Origin: a virus
DNA: 64,000 nucleotides
Virus record (IMG/VR): IMGVR_UViG_3300037391_000010
Coordinates: 91,418 to 155,417 of that record
Strand: one strand, 5' to 3'
Numbering within the stretch: position 1 is the stretch's first letter; every line of letters begins with the position of its first letter. The notes below the pieces were generated by a model. That model had not been told where the DNA came from, made no database searches, and worked only from the letters and a program-made list of their open reading frames with translations. Of the stretch, positions 1-9,321 are shown one piece after another. The position numbers were made by a program, and so were the translations under genes.

Positions 1-657
1 AAGAAACGCCTCGCCCGCTTTACAGTGGACGAAGACGTTGAAGACTGGACGCAGGATTTAATCATTCACATGAAGTACCTGCCGCAGACCAGCAAGCATC
101 GCAAGCCGGGTGCAAATGACCGCATAAATGGCTGCACGGACGTGATCGAGACGTTCAACCCCATCAGTCAATATGGGGCCAGCGAACGTCGTTTTCGCTC
201 CTATGTCAACATGTGCCTCACGAACAAGTTCAACACCGTGTACTCGAAGCGCAACAAGAATCCAATCTGTCGGCAGGGCAACGTCACCATCGTGACCAAC
301 GTTGATCCGTCGCACGAAAACGGTGAGTATGATGTGGTGGACGATGCGTATTGCCACGTGCATTCAGACTACCTGAGTGCCGCCACGTCCCGCTCCGCAC
401 AGCAGTACGAAAACTACCTGCTCGCCAATGAGTTTCGTCGTTACGTTGAGGCGAAAGACCCCGAGTTGGCACCAGTGGTGGATGCGATCCAGCACGCTTC
501 GTCCCAACACGAGGCTGCTCGATCTTTGGGCATCAGCGAAACCCTTTTCGCCCGTCACCGCACGCGGCTGAAGGAGTTGGCCGCAAGCTTCCAAAACCAC
601 GATGTGGGAGAGGGCAAACGGAAGCGCGGGCGACGTAAAACGGCGCAGGTGGTATAA
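1..657 (+). CDS. Partial (5'-truncated) sigma-factor-like transcription protein with C-terminal HTH
   Basis: Frame open from base 1. 'VEDWTQDLIIH...FRSYVNMCLTNKF' resembles sigma region 2; 'HEAARSLGISETLFARHRTRLKEL' resembles a region-4 HTH. Confidence 0.55.
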   Translation, partial: KKRLARFTVDEDVEDWTQDLIIHMKYLPQTSKHRKPGANDRINGCTDVIETFNPISQYGASERRFRSYVNMCLTNKFNTVYSKRNKNPICRQGNVTIVTNVDPSHENGEYDVVDDAYCHVHSDYLSAATSRSAQQYENYLLANEFRRYVEAKDPELAPVVDAIQHASSQHEAARSLGISETLFARHRTRLKELAASFQNHDVGEGKRKRGRRKTAQVV

Positions 658-695
658 TAGGCAACAAATGCAAGAACTTCGGGTTCTAATCTAGT

Positions 696-1448
696 ATGGG
701 GGCGAGCATGTTCGAAGATAGCCTTTTAGAGTCAGGCCGTAAATTGAAGGACAAACGCGGGCGGTACACGTCGGTCGCATTTCTGATCGAGGCGGTGGTA
801 CTGGGCATCGCGCTCCTGATCCCTCTGTATTACACTGAGGAACTCCCCAAGGCCCAACTCCTCACATTCTTGATTGCCCCAGCCCCGCCCCAGCCGCCTC
901 CCCCTCCAGCGGCAGCCATCGTTAAGACAGTGAAAGTAAAGGTCGAAACCGATCTCACCGATGGCAAACTCAGAACGCCAACACGGATTCCCAACAAAAT
1001 TCAGAAGATCGTCGAAGACGTTGCGCCTCCATCCGTTTCTACCAGCGGCGTGCAGGGCGGCGTAGTCGGTGGAGTTCCGGGAGGCGTCCCGAACGGTGTG
1101 CTAAATGGTATCCTCAGTATGAACCCGACTGTTCAGCCTACACTCGCCCCGCCGAAAGTTGTACGTGTGTCTACTGGCGTGTCCACTGGAAACCTGATCC
1201 GTAGAGTGCAACCGAACTATCCGCCGCTGGCACGGCAGGCCCGCGTTCAGGGCTCCGTGTTGTTAGAAGCCACGATCTCTGAGAACGGCGACATCGTGGA
1301 CTTGCATGTCGTCAGCGGGCACCCCATGCTCGTTACCGCTGCGGTTGAAGCGGTCAAGCAGTGGAAGTACAGACCGTACCTGTTGAATGGGTTGCCTGTC
1401 TCGGTACAGACTCAGGTTCAAGTGAATTTCACCTTGTCTGGTTCATAA
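696..1448 (+). CDS. tonB: TonB family energy transducer (start may be ATG 708)
   Basis: N-terminal TM helix, Pro-rich spacer, GGVxGGV repeats, and TonB C-terminal domain 'PNYPPLARQARVQGSVLLEATISENG...AAVEAVKQWKYRP...VNF'. Confidence 0.92.
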   Translation: MGASMFEDSLLESGRKLKDKRGRYTSVAFLIEAVVLGIALLIPLYYTEELPKAQLLTFLIAPAPPQPPPPPAAAIVKTVKVKVETDLTDGKLRTPTRIPNKIQKIVEDVAPPSVSTSGVQGGVVGGVPGGVPNGVLNGILSMNPTVQPTLAPPKVVRVSTGVSTGNLIRRVQPNYPPLARQARVQGSVLLEATISENGDIVDLHVVSGHPMLVTAAVEAVKQWKYRPYLLNGLPVSVQTQVQVNFTLSGS

Positions 1449-1492
1449 GACTATTGTCTGATTTCCCAGACTACGGTATTATTATAGTGCAT

Positions 1493-1580
1493 GGGGGAGA
1501 AAGACCCCCGAAACGTTGTTCATCTGAGTAGCTAGTTCCAATGAGTTCCGTTAGAATCGGGCTTGGAACTAGCCTTTTTT
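1493..1580 (+). ncRNA. Candidate small RNA or terminator-containing element
   Basis: GGGGG/CCCCC hairpin (1493-1509), perfect 11-bp stem GCTAGTTCCAA/TTGGAACTAGC (1531-1573), then a T run; GGTATTA motif just upstream at 1475. Confidence 0.4.
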
Positions 1581-1604
1581 CTTTCCTCGTGGTATCATCG
1601 GAAA

Positions 1605-1901
1605 ATGAACTGGCAAAGATTCGGTTTCGGAAGCGGCTTCGTTGTTTTCTCGGTCGCCAGCATTCTGTTCGGCCTTGATATCCACCCTGCGGGGCGTTTG
1701 TTTCAATTTCTCGTCTACATGATCGTCTGGGCTCTGATCTCAACTCTCATCATCTATCCCATCAAAACACGACGGGCTGCCAAAAAGCAGAAAGCAGTGG
1801 ACGACGCGAAGCGGGCGGCAGAGATAGCGACCAAAAAAGCGAAAGCGGTTGACTACACCCCCTCATTCGCGGCTGTCCGAAAAGGCGTCCGCAAGAGCTA
1901 A
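1605..1901 (+). CDS. Two-TM membrane protein
   Basis: Two hydrophobic helices and a basic tail; TGGTATCAT -10-like motif ends 6 nt before the ATG. Confidence 0.65.
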   Translation: MNWQRFGFGSGFVVFSVASILFGLDIHPAGRLFQFLVYMIVWALISTLIIYPIKTRRAAKKQKAVDDAKRAAEIATKKAKAVDYTPSFAAVRKGVRKS

Positions 1902-1902
1902 C

Positions 1903-2478
1903 ATGCTGGAATTCAAGAAACTGTTGCGGACAGGCCGAACGCCAAGAGTACACCCCAACGGATTCATTCAACTCGACCTTAACGACGAGCACTCCATGCG
2001 GCTCCACGTTTGGCCCGTAACCGAACTCCCAGACAGGCAGAAGACTCGGCACCCCATCCACGATCACTCGTTTGACATGGTGAGCACGGTTCTGACGGGA
2101 AAGCTGATAAACGAAAACCTCGTGTTCCTCACAGTAGCCAATCACCCCGACCTGATCCCAAACCACCAAGAGTACCGAGGCGTCAAGATCGGGCAGGAAG
2201 AAACCATCCTGCAACCCACTGGTATTTACGGAAGCCTCACCGACATGAGTCGAGAGGTTATCTTCCCGGGTCAATCGTACCGAGTGCCAGCTAAGAGGTT
2301 CCATAACAGCATAGCCGAAGGGCTCACAGCAACGCTCATGTCAAAGCTGGATGGCGAGCCGTATAGCCCCCGCGTACTCGTTCCAGTCGGCGTGCACCCC
2401 GACAATGACTTTCGCCGCGAGCAGACCAAGCCGGAAATCCTATGGGAACAGATCGAACTCGCCCTCGCCGCCTGCTGA
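1903..2478 (+). CDS. Cupin-fold (cysteine-dioxygenase-like) protein
   Basis: 'HPNGF...RLHVW...IHDHSFDMVSTVLTG...FH' cupin metal-binding pattern. Confidence 0.6.
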   Translation: MLEFKKLLRTGRTPRVHPNGFIQLDLNDEHSMRLHVWPVTELPDRQKTRHPIHDHSFDMVSTVLTGKLINENLVFLTVANHPDLIPNHQEYRGVKIGQEETILQPTGIYGSLTDMSREVIFPGQSYRVPAKRFHNSIAEGLTATLMSKLDGEPYSPRVLVPVGVHPDNDFRREQTKPEILWEQIELALAAC

Positions 2479-2809
2479 CCCCCTACCCGTGGTACATGCC
2501 ATTTGGCACCCGTCTGCGGCGTGCTGTCGTCTACAATCCCGCGCACCAGTCTGAAGCCTACACGGGCAATCCCAAGAAAAAGAAGCTTCCTTGGCCTCGA
2601 TGGAGGAAGGAAGTCGCTCGCATCCTCATCATTCTAGACGTGTTCCTGAGCCAGCCCGAATATTGGCTCGTCAGTCATTACGATCTCACCTACCCTCAAT
2701 GCTCTCGCCTGAGACGCCTCCTCCTCTGGGAAACCCGTTTCTACCTCTGGGCTGCTGGTTTCTCCGAATAAAATCTGCCTACCGTCCTTCTTGTTAGGGG
2801 GACATTCTC

Positions 2810-2950
2810 ATGTTCAGTCTAATCAAGCTTGCTATCGATGCTGCGGTTCTTGCGGCTGTGTTCTACGGCGGCGTCAAGTTTGGGATAGCATATCCCACTG
2901 TCGGTGCGAAACTCACTTCACTCTTTAGCTGGGTAAAGTCCTTACTCTAA
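2810..2950 (+). CDS. 46-aa membrane peptide (not in ORF track)
   Basis: Hand translation MFSLIKLAIDAAVLAAVFYGGVKFGIAYPTVGAKLTSLFSWVKSLL; purine-rich AGGGGGA upstream. Confidence 0.65.
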   Translation: MFSLIKLAIDAAVLAAVFYGGVKFGIAYPTVGAKLTSLFSWVKSLL

Positions 2951-2959
2951 GGTGAACCG

Positions 2960-3259
2960 ATGAGCCCGATTAAAGACATTTTGGAGATCGCGGAGAACAT
3001 CACCGTTCTTCTGGCTCTCCTCGGTGGGGCGGCGGGAGGCATCAACTGGTACGTCAAGCGACATGATCGTCAGGCGGCAGGTGAGAAGGCCGTCAGTCAA
3101 ATCGATGCTTTGGCGACAGGCTTCCCCAATATGGTCGCAGACATGGCGGTTGTGAAGAAGACCAACGAGAAAGCTGTCGATCTTCTAACCAGCATGGACA
3201 AGGGAATCGCAGTGATGGCTGCACGAAGCGAAGGTTCTAGAACACGGAGAACTGACTAA
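2960..3259 (+). CDS. Single-TM protein, possibly holin-like
   Basis: One N-terminal TM followed by a coiled-coil-like tail; AAGGTG RBS. Confidence 0.55.
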   Translation: MSPIKDILEIAENITVLLALLGGAAGGINWYVKRHDRQAAGEKAVSQIDALATGFPNMVADMAVVKKTNEKAVDLLTSMDKGIAVMAARSEGSRTRRTD

Positions 3260-3268
3260 GGAGACACG

Positions 3269-3805
3269 ATGCTTACACGACCAACAATAGTAATCAACAA
3301 CGCGCCGATCACGCTCAGCCCCACGTTCGGGATGACAGGCGGACCAACGGGATTGAACCCGCTCTACACGGCCTGCGACCCCGCTAACGGGAATTATTTC
3401 CTGACGACTGGTCGCGATCTGGTGAGCTTCTATTGTGCAGCCGCCGCTACCGCTCTTCCATGGTCTGGCACAACGCAATATCTCCCGGGGCAGGTGGTTA
3501 ATTTCAGCGGTCAGGCTTACATCGCCCTCATTGGCAGCTTGGCTCAGACGCCATCCTTGTCACCCCCATCATCGTTCTGGGGCGCTTATGCGGACGGAGA
3601 TAGTACGATCACGCTTTTCTCGGCTCCTGATGCTTGCACGGGCCGAACGTCCGATGTTGACGATTACGTTGTACCTGTCGCCACGGAGCTTTATCCGGGT
3701 GTCGAATTTCTGGTGCTGCCGTCCTCGGTATTCACGCAGGCGAGCACGCAATTCCAATTTCTAGCCAGTTCGAATCTGGTGAGCGTTTACATAAGGCACT
3801 TCTAA
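3269..3805 (+). CDS. Putative virion structural protein with CBM5/12-like carbohydrate-binding insert
   Basis: 'PWSGTTQYLPGQVVNFSGQAYIAL...P...FW' matches the chitin-binding type-3 pattern; AAGGAG RBS. Confidence 0.6.
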   Translation: MLTRPTIVINNAPITLSPTFGMTGGPTGLNPLYTACDPANGNYFLTTGRDLVSFYCAAAATALPWSGTTQYLPGQVVNFSGQAYIALIGSLAQTPSLSPPSSFWGAYADGDSTITLFSAPDACTGRTSDVDDYVVPVATELYPGVEFLVLPSSVFTQASTQFQFLASSNLVSVYIRHF

Positions 3806-3814
3806 GGAGTCATC

Positions 3815-5938
3815 ATGCCAAATCCTCCAACAATCATCAACGGTCAACTGATTTTCAAGGGTTCCATCTCTGGACAGGTCGCGGTTCAGGCACAGCCCAT
3901 CGCGGGCAACAACCTGATTTTCAACCTGCCTAACACGGTGCCGAATCCGAACGCCGTACTCTCGGTGATCGCGGTCACTGGCAGCACAGTCACCTTCGGC
4001 TTCGCCCCGCCTGCTCCGCAGTCCTTCAACTTCTCGCAGATCACGGGCACCATCGCTACCTCGCAACTGGGCAGCGTTGAAGGCAACGGCTCCAAGGTTC
4101 AGTTGACGACAGGGGCGGCAGTGTCGCCAGTCACTTCAGAACTGGGCACGGCAGCAAACTACGCCATCCTCGCTTACAGCGGTGTCACCAACACTGGTGC
4201 TTCCGTCATCACTGGCGGCAACGTCGGTTCAGCACCGACCACAGGCCCACAGGCTGGCTTTACTTTCATCGCTCCAGCAGCCATCGACAACACGCACGCG
4301 GCTGCGGCACGTCTTGCGGGTAACGCGGCGTTTGCTCATTACTCCGCATTGACCCCGACTCAGACGGGTCTCGCCAACCTCAGCACCAACAGCGGTGGGG
4401 GCGGCGTAGGTATCTATCAAGCTGGTGTCTTCTCTGGCGGTGCGCTCGACATCCCGACCAGCATTACACTGGACGCTCAGGGCAACCCCGGCGCGGTCTT
4501 CGTCTTCATCTCGGCGTCTACCACGATTCTTGAGAGCGGAGCATCCATCCTCCTCGTCAACGGTGCACAAGCGGCTAACGTCGTTTGGTGCGTTGGTAGC
4601 AGCTTCACCCAGATCGGCAACAACAACACGATGATTGGTACGATTCTCGCCTACACGAGCATCACGCTCGACGGCGGCGTCCTCAACGGTCGTGCATTGG
4701 CAGTCGGCGGCGGCAATGGTGCGGTCACCATCGCAGCGGCAGAAGCAATCACTGCGTCGGCTGGAACTGGTTCCGTCCAAGCTGGCGATGTGATTATCTA
4801 TGACGCTTTCGGCAACGCGGTTGATTCAGGCATCCTGCTCAGCAGCCTCGGCGGTGCGGCGGGCGTCACGACCTTCAATACCCGCAGCGGGGCAGTCATC
4901 CCGTTGTCTGGCGACTATGCCTCGTTCTACGATGCGGCGGGCGCAGCAGCAACGGCTCAATCCAATGCTGAGGCATTTGCCACGAGCGCAATTTCGACGG
5001 CTCTGGCTTCGGGCACTTACGGTATCAGCATCACGGGCAATGCAGCGACAGCAACCACCGCTACCTCGGCGACGACGGCAGGTTCAACCACGGTTGTTGA
5101 CGGCGTTACGGTCAGCGGCACGCCATCCACTGGTCAGGTGCTCACGGCTACAAGCCCGACGACGGCGGATTGGCAGACGCCTTCGGGCGGTGCGGTCACC
5201 TTCGATCAGATCGGTTCGGGCACCAACAACGCGGCTAACACCCTCACCGTTGGCAATAGCTCAACGCTGACGTTCACAGGCTCGGGCGTCATTAACGCCA
5301 GTCAGCTTGGCGGCGTGGCGGCATCCGGTTATGCTCTGTTGGCTGGTGCAGTCTTCTCTGGCGCAATCCAGACCAACGGTGCGTTGAACGACGGCTCTGG
5401 CAACCCCGGAGCTTCTGGTTCGCTCCTCAGTTCCACTGGAACGAGTACGGCATGGGTTACACAGGCTTCGATCTTGTCGGGTTACGCACCTTTGGCTGGT
5501 GCAACCTTCAGCGGTGCTGTACAGGCGACAACAGTCTACGCTACTGTTGCGTTGGAAGTCTTCGCGGCCCTCAAGGACGGCAGCGGTTCATCTGGTAACG
5601 CTGGTCAGACACTCACGTCCACTGGCGGCAGCGTTGCATGGGCAAATGCACTGAACAGCCAAACTGGTACGCTCCCAACCACAGCCGACAACCACATTAC
5701 AAGCGGTACAACGACGTTGGCGGCAGGCACGGCTACGATTGCTCTCTCCGCAGGTGGGGCCTTCGGCGATACGGCCTACGCGGTGCAATTGACGTTCCAG
5801 TCCGTACCGGGTGGAGCGTTCCCGGGCACGAATCCTGTCCTGTACATTACCAATCAAACAGCGACGGGGTTCACCATCAACTCTTCGGACGCCACGGACA
5901 GCACCAGCATCATTGGCTGGACGGCAGTCGGCTACTAA
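3815..5938 (+). CDS. Fibre-like structural protein containing a DUF3494 ice-binding-family domain
   Basis: aa ~108-313 'LGTAANYAILAYSGVTNTG...ITLDAQGNPGAVFVF...LVNGAQAANVVWCVGSS...GTILAYTSITL...LNGRALA' is the DUF3494 signature; the flanks are G/A/T/S-rich fibre-like repeats. Confidence 0.85.
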   Translation: MPNPPTIINGQLIFKGSISGQVAVQAQPIAGNNLIFNLPNTVPNPNAVLSVIAVTGSTVTFGFAPPAPQSFNFSQITGTIATSQLGSVEGNGSKVQLTTGAAVSPVTSELGTAANYAILAYSGVTNTGASVITGGNVGSAPTTGPQAGFTFIAPAAIDNTHAAAARLAGNAAFAHYSALTPTQTGLANLSTNSGGGGVGIYQAGVFSGGALDIPTSITLDAQGNPGAVFVFISASTTILESGASILLVNGAQAANVVWCVGSSFTQIGNNNTMIGTILAYTSITLDGGVLNGRALAVGGGNGAVTIAAAEAITASAGTGSVQAGDVIIYDAFGNAVDSGILLSSLGGAAGVTTFNTRSGAVIPLSGDYASFYDAAGAAATAQSNAEAFATSAISTALASGTYGISITGNAATATTATSATTAGSTTVVDGVTVSGTPSTGQVLTATSPTTADWQTPSGGAVTFDQIGSGTNNAANTLTVGNSSTLTFTGSGVINASQLGGVAASGYALLAGAVFSGAIQTNGALNDGSGNPGASGSLLSSTGTSTAWVTQASILSGYAPLAGATFSGAVQATTVYATVALEVFAALKDGSGSSGNAGQTLTSTGGSVAWANALNSQTGTLPTTADNHITSGTTTLAAGTATIALSAGGAFGDTAYAVQLTFQSVPGGAFPGTNPVLYITNQTATGFTINSSDATDSTSIIGWTAVGY

Positions 5939-5961
5939 AACTTAAACAAGGAGAAACAACC

Positions 5962-6174
5962 ATGGCAAACGTAACTATTCTCACAACCGATCAACAGACA
6001 CAGGCAGCGGCCAACAAAGCCGCCGCCGACGCCGCGCTCGCCGCTTACGTTGCGGCACTGGCAACGCACCAGAGCTACATGCTGTCAGTCGCGTCAGCGG
6101 GAAGCCCTCCCGATGTGAACCCAAACGGTCGCGTGCAGCTTACCGATGACGGCACCGCTGTAATCGTCGGCTAA
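5962..6174 (+). CDS. Ala-rich small protein, paralog A
   Basis: AAGGAG RBS and ATG at 5962; similar to the next gene (QQTQAA...AGSPP...QLTxDGT). Confidence 0.75.
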   Translation: MANVTILTTDQQTQAAANKAAADAALAAYVAALATHQSYMLSVASAGSPPDVNPNGRVQLTDDGTAVIVG

Positions 6175-6225
6175 ACCAGCGTCATTGGGTATTAAGAACT
6201 ATAGGGCTCTATTTTAGGGGGGAAC

Positions 6226-6453
6226 ATGAAGGTACAGGCACTCACATCACCGCAACAGACACAGGCAGCTTCCTTGAAGGCCGCTGTTACAAGCGCCCAG
6301 AGCGCACTCGTAGCCGCTCGTGCGGCATTCGCAGCCTATCTGGTTTCATGTCTTCCACCGAACGCAGGGTCTCCTCCGACGCCAGCGACACTAGCGCCCG
6401 GACAGCGGGCTCAGTTGACAAGCGACGGTACGTCTCTCGTTATACTGCCGTAA
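6226..6453 (+). CDS. Ala-rich small protein, paralog B
   Basis: Shares QQTQAA, AGSPP and QLTxDGT motifs with 5962-6174. Confidence 0.75.
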   Translation: MKVQALTSPQQTQAASLKAAVTSAQSALVAARAAFAAYLVSCLPPNAGSPPTPATLAPGQRAQLTSDGTSLVILP

Positions 6454-6471
6454 TTTCAAGTCCATCTCCTC

Positions 6472-6499
6472 AAAAGCCCCGACCAAATCGGGGCTTTTT
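6472..6499. terminator. Intrinsic terminator, probably bidirectional
   Basis: AAAAGCCCCGA-ccaaa-TCGGGGCTTTT after the structural operon. Confidence 0.85.
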
Positions 6500-6620
6500 G
6501 CTTTTCTGCACACTCAAACCTCAAAATTGCAGTATTAGACCATCATAATCGACAATTCGACAATGAACTTTGTCAATTTGAGGTTTCCGATCTACCGAAG
6601 TGTTAATTCAGAGGTGCCAC

Positions 6621-7352
6621 ATGGCAAATAAGAAAGTTCGTACCCCCAAAATCAAGAAACAGCGACAGACGAAGTACACAAAACTCGCCCTCGTATGTGC
6701 AAAAGAGCTTGCAGCCAAGAAGAAAGCGTTGGTTGCGGCTGAGAAACGACTGGCTAAGGCCCAACTGACCCATCAGGAACTCCTATCCGAGGTCGCTCGG
6801 CTGGACATGCTGGATCGCAGCCTCAAGGCAGTCAATGAGAAATCCCAACCACCCCAGAACATCAAGTACGTCTACACGTACCCGCAGTGGGTCTGGAATC
6901 CATACGTTTACAACCCGGGTCAATGGACGTTCACGACCACGCCAACCTATGTCGGCTACAACACGCCGAATACCAGCGGTGCCACGGGCATTGTCAATGG
7001 CGGTCTCAACGGCGGCAACTTCCAAGGCGGCAGCTTGCTCACCAGCAACGGCTCTTACCAAAGCCCTACGGTGACCTGCACACTGGCGAACTCCGATACC
7101 TTCACGTTCACCAACAGCGGGAACGTACAGATCGGCAGCGTCCAAACCACCCCATCGGGCGGCTTGCCCGACGCTGGCCCCACGCTTCAGTTTGACGGCA
7201 GCGGTGCACCAAATTGGGTGCCCGCCAACGATGGGTCTCTCGTCGTAGACCTGACGACTCACGAACCGTATGAGGCACCCGAGGAGCAACTGGATGAGCT
7301 ACATACCAGATTGACGAAGGAAGCGGCTTGCATCGATCTCGTCGAGGCGTAA
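6621..7352 (+). CDS. Hypothetical protein (basic coiled-coil N-terminus, low-complexity C-terminus)
   Basis: GAGGTG RBS before ATG 6621; long ORF. Confidence 0.7.
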   Translation: MANKKVRTPKIKKQRQTKYTKLALVCAKELAAKKKALVAAEKRLAKAQLTHQELLSEVARLDMLDRSLKAVNEKSQPPQNIKYVYTYPQWVWNPYVYNPGQWTFTTTPTYVGYNTPNTSGATGIVNGGLNGGNFQGGSLLTSNGSYQSPTVTCTLANSDTFTFTNSGNVQIGSVQTTPSGGLPDAGPTLQFDGSGAPNWVPANDGSLVVDLTTHEPYEAPEEQLDELHTRLTKEAACIDLVEA

Positions 7353-7386
7353 CCTGACTTCCCTTTTCATTTGAAGGGGGAAGCCA

Positions 7387-7686
7387 ATGCATCAGTATTT
7401 TGATCCTGAGGATCGGCCCCACCGTAGTCCATACCGTGGGGCTGATGCTTACTGGTACTTCTGGCACAAAGGTTCCGTTGAACCGCACCGCTACCGCGAG
7501 GAAGAAGACGAGCCCCTGTTCTACACCCGCACCCGCCACGATCTAGACTTCAAATGCCAATGCTCCGCGTGCACCCGCAAATGCACAATCACCATGGATG
7601 ACGCCAAATTCCTCCGCACAATGGGTATTATGTGGAAGGTGCCTCATGTCGAGCAAGCGGATGAAGTCAGTCCTAACCCACGGTAA
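7387..7686 (+). CDS. Hypothetical protein with CxCxxC motif
   Basis: ORF with GGGGGA RBS. Confidence 0.55.
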   Translation: MHQYFDPEDRPHRSPYRGADAYWYFWHKGSVEPHRYREEEDEPLFYTRTRHDLDFKCQCSACTRKCTITMDDAKFLRTMGIMWKVPHVEQADEVSPNPR

Positions 7687-8005
7687 CAACAGCTACGAAG
7701 ACCGGGTTCTCGATTGGTATGAACGTAGGCAAGGGCAATACACCCTGATCGGCTTCGACGGCAAACCATACAAGTCCGCTGTAAAGGGCACGCTTGGCGG
7801 ACATCGCCAATTGAAAATCTACGGTAGGCTTAACTGCCAGTCTGCTCTGCGGTTCATCGCCAAAGGTCAGTATGTGAAGCATCGGGTATTCTTCGCAAAC
7901 GAGGAAGACGCCCTCGGTGCGGGGTATCGCCCTTGTGCCAAATGCCTGCCTGAAAAATACAAGGAGTGGAAATGCCAAACCTCGACGACAACGAGCCCGA
8001 GATAG
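7646..8005 (+). CDS. Ada metal-binding-domain protein
   Basis: 'KIYGRLNC...RVFFANEEDALGAGYRPCAKC' Ada Zn-binding signature. Confidence 0.8.
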   Translation: MSSKRMKSVLTHGNNSYEDRVLDWYERRQGQYTLIGFDGKPYKSAVKGTLGGHRQLKIYGRLNCQSALRFIAKGQYVKHRVFFANEEDALGAGYRPCAKCLPEKYKEWKCQTSTTTSPR

Positions 8006-8382
8006 TGTACGGGGAGTTCACAGACGCCTGCAATCCGAATGATGAGATGGTCGGTAAGTCCCTGCCGTACTTTACGGGTGCCAACATTCAAGGGGCGGGG
8101 CCGAGTAAGTCCCTACCATACGCCGAGGACAATCAGAAGGAAGTCATCCTTAAAGTTGCCCGTCAAATAGCGGCGGCGAATGATGACGAGGAACAAGCGG
8201 GTCTTTTCTTCACGCGGGTCGTCCAAGCCTTCGTCCTGCTGGATCAAATGGCACCACAGTTTATCGAACTGGTGGATGAGTATCACATCGGCGAAAACCC
8301 GCAGGCCACGAATTGCAGCCTGTGCAAGCTCCGTGCGGCGGCTGAAGAATACTTGGCCGAGCGAGAGAAAACCAATGTCTGA
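7972..8382 (+). CDS. Hypothetical protein
   Basis: AAGGAG RBS; overlaps both neighbours in operon fashion. Confidence 0.6.
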   Translation: MPNLDDNEPEIVYGEFTDACNPNDEMVGKSLPYFTGANIQGAGPSKSLPYAEDNQKEVILKVARQIAAANDDEEQAGLFFTRVVQAFVLLDQMAPQFIELVDEYHIGENPQATNCSLCKLRAAAEEYLAEREKTNV

Positions 8383-8544
8383 GATCGAAACTTTTCTTCG
8401 GCGCTTCCCCGACTACAAGACAACGCCCGCTCAGCTTGCCTTCGCTAAATACTTGGAACAGCGAGGGTTACGGTTCCTCATCGATTTCGGCTTTGAGAAC
8501 GCCGAGAACATTGCATGGGAACTCACCCCTATGGGAACCATTCA

Positions 8545-9321
8545 GTGAGTTTATTCGACGATCAGAACAAGACGGAGATCACGAAGCAGATCACTGCCGC
8601 GACCTGTTTCTGGCTCGATGAACGCGGGGTCAAACCCGTCGAGACCGAGGTCACCGTGGCATTCGGCTGGATCGCCGACATAGCTGGCGTGCTTTGCCCC
8701 ACCGAAACCGAACTGCAAGACCTAAAGCTGATCCGCCGTAAACCCAAATGGAAGAAACCACAGGAAGAGAAAGACGCTTGGCAGCGAGATGCGGACGCCC
8801 TGAACCGAATGATGACCGTGATAGTGGAGGTCAAAACGTCTCGCAACGATTTTCGCGGCGACAAGAAGTGGACGACGGAACCTCCAGCCGATCTATGCTG
8901 GGTTGCGGCACCTGCTGGGCTGATCGCGGAGGCCGAGAGGCCGAAAGGTTGGGGGATTCTTGAGTATAGCCCCACGCGAGACTGCATGATTAGCCGCTGC
9001 GTTCCCGAGATTAGGACGACATCAGCGGAGCGGCAACGGAACTTGGTTCATGCCGTCGCCTGCCGCCGCGACAACCAGACTCGCTACGAGCACATCAACC
9101 GTCTGCGAAAGGAATATCACGAGGAGGACAAGCAGCGTATATCGTTGACCCGTGTGCAGGACGCGATGAGAGCCGCCCTGAGCATTGCGCGTGGGGAGCA
9201 TGGGTCGATTGAAGGGGCGCTTGAGTATCATCGCATCAAGCTGAAGGGTATCTATCAATTGGAAATGCTTGGGCTTACAGCCCTTTGGGGCGTAGCAAAG
9301 AAAGAAACCAATGGCGCGTAA
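8545..9321 (+). CDS. MmcB-like PD-(D/E)XK nuclease
   Basis: 'WIADIAG...IVEVKTSRNDFRGDKKW...CWVAAPAGLI...PKGWGIL'; GTG start coupled to the upstream stop. Confidence 0.75.
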   Translation: MSLFDDQNKTEITKQITAATCFWLDERGVKPVETEVTVAFGWIADIAGVLCPTETELQDLKLIRRKPKWKKPQEEKDAWQRDADALNRMMTVIVEVKTSRNDFRGDKKWTTEPPADLCWVAAPAGLIAEAERPKGWGILEYSPTRDCMISRCVPEIRTTSAERQRNLVHAVACRRDNQTRYEHINRLRKEYHEEDKQRISLTRVQDAMRAALSIARGEHGSIEGALEYHRIKLKGIYQLEMLGLTALWGVAKKETNGA

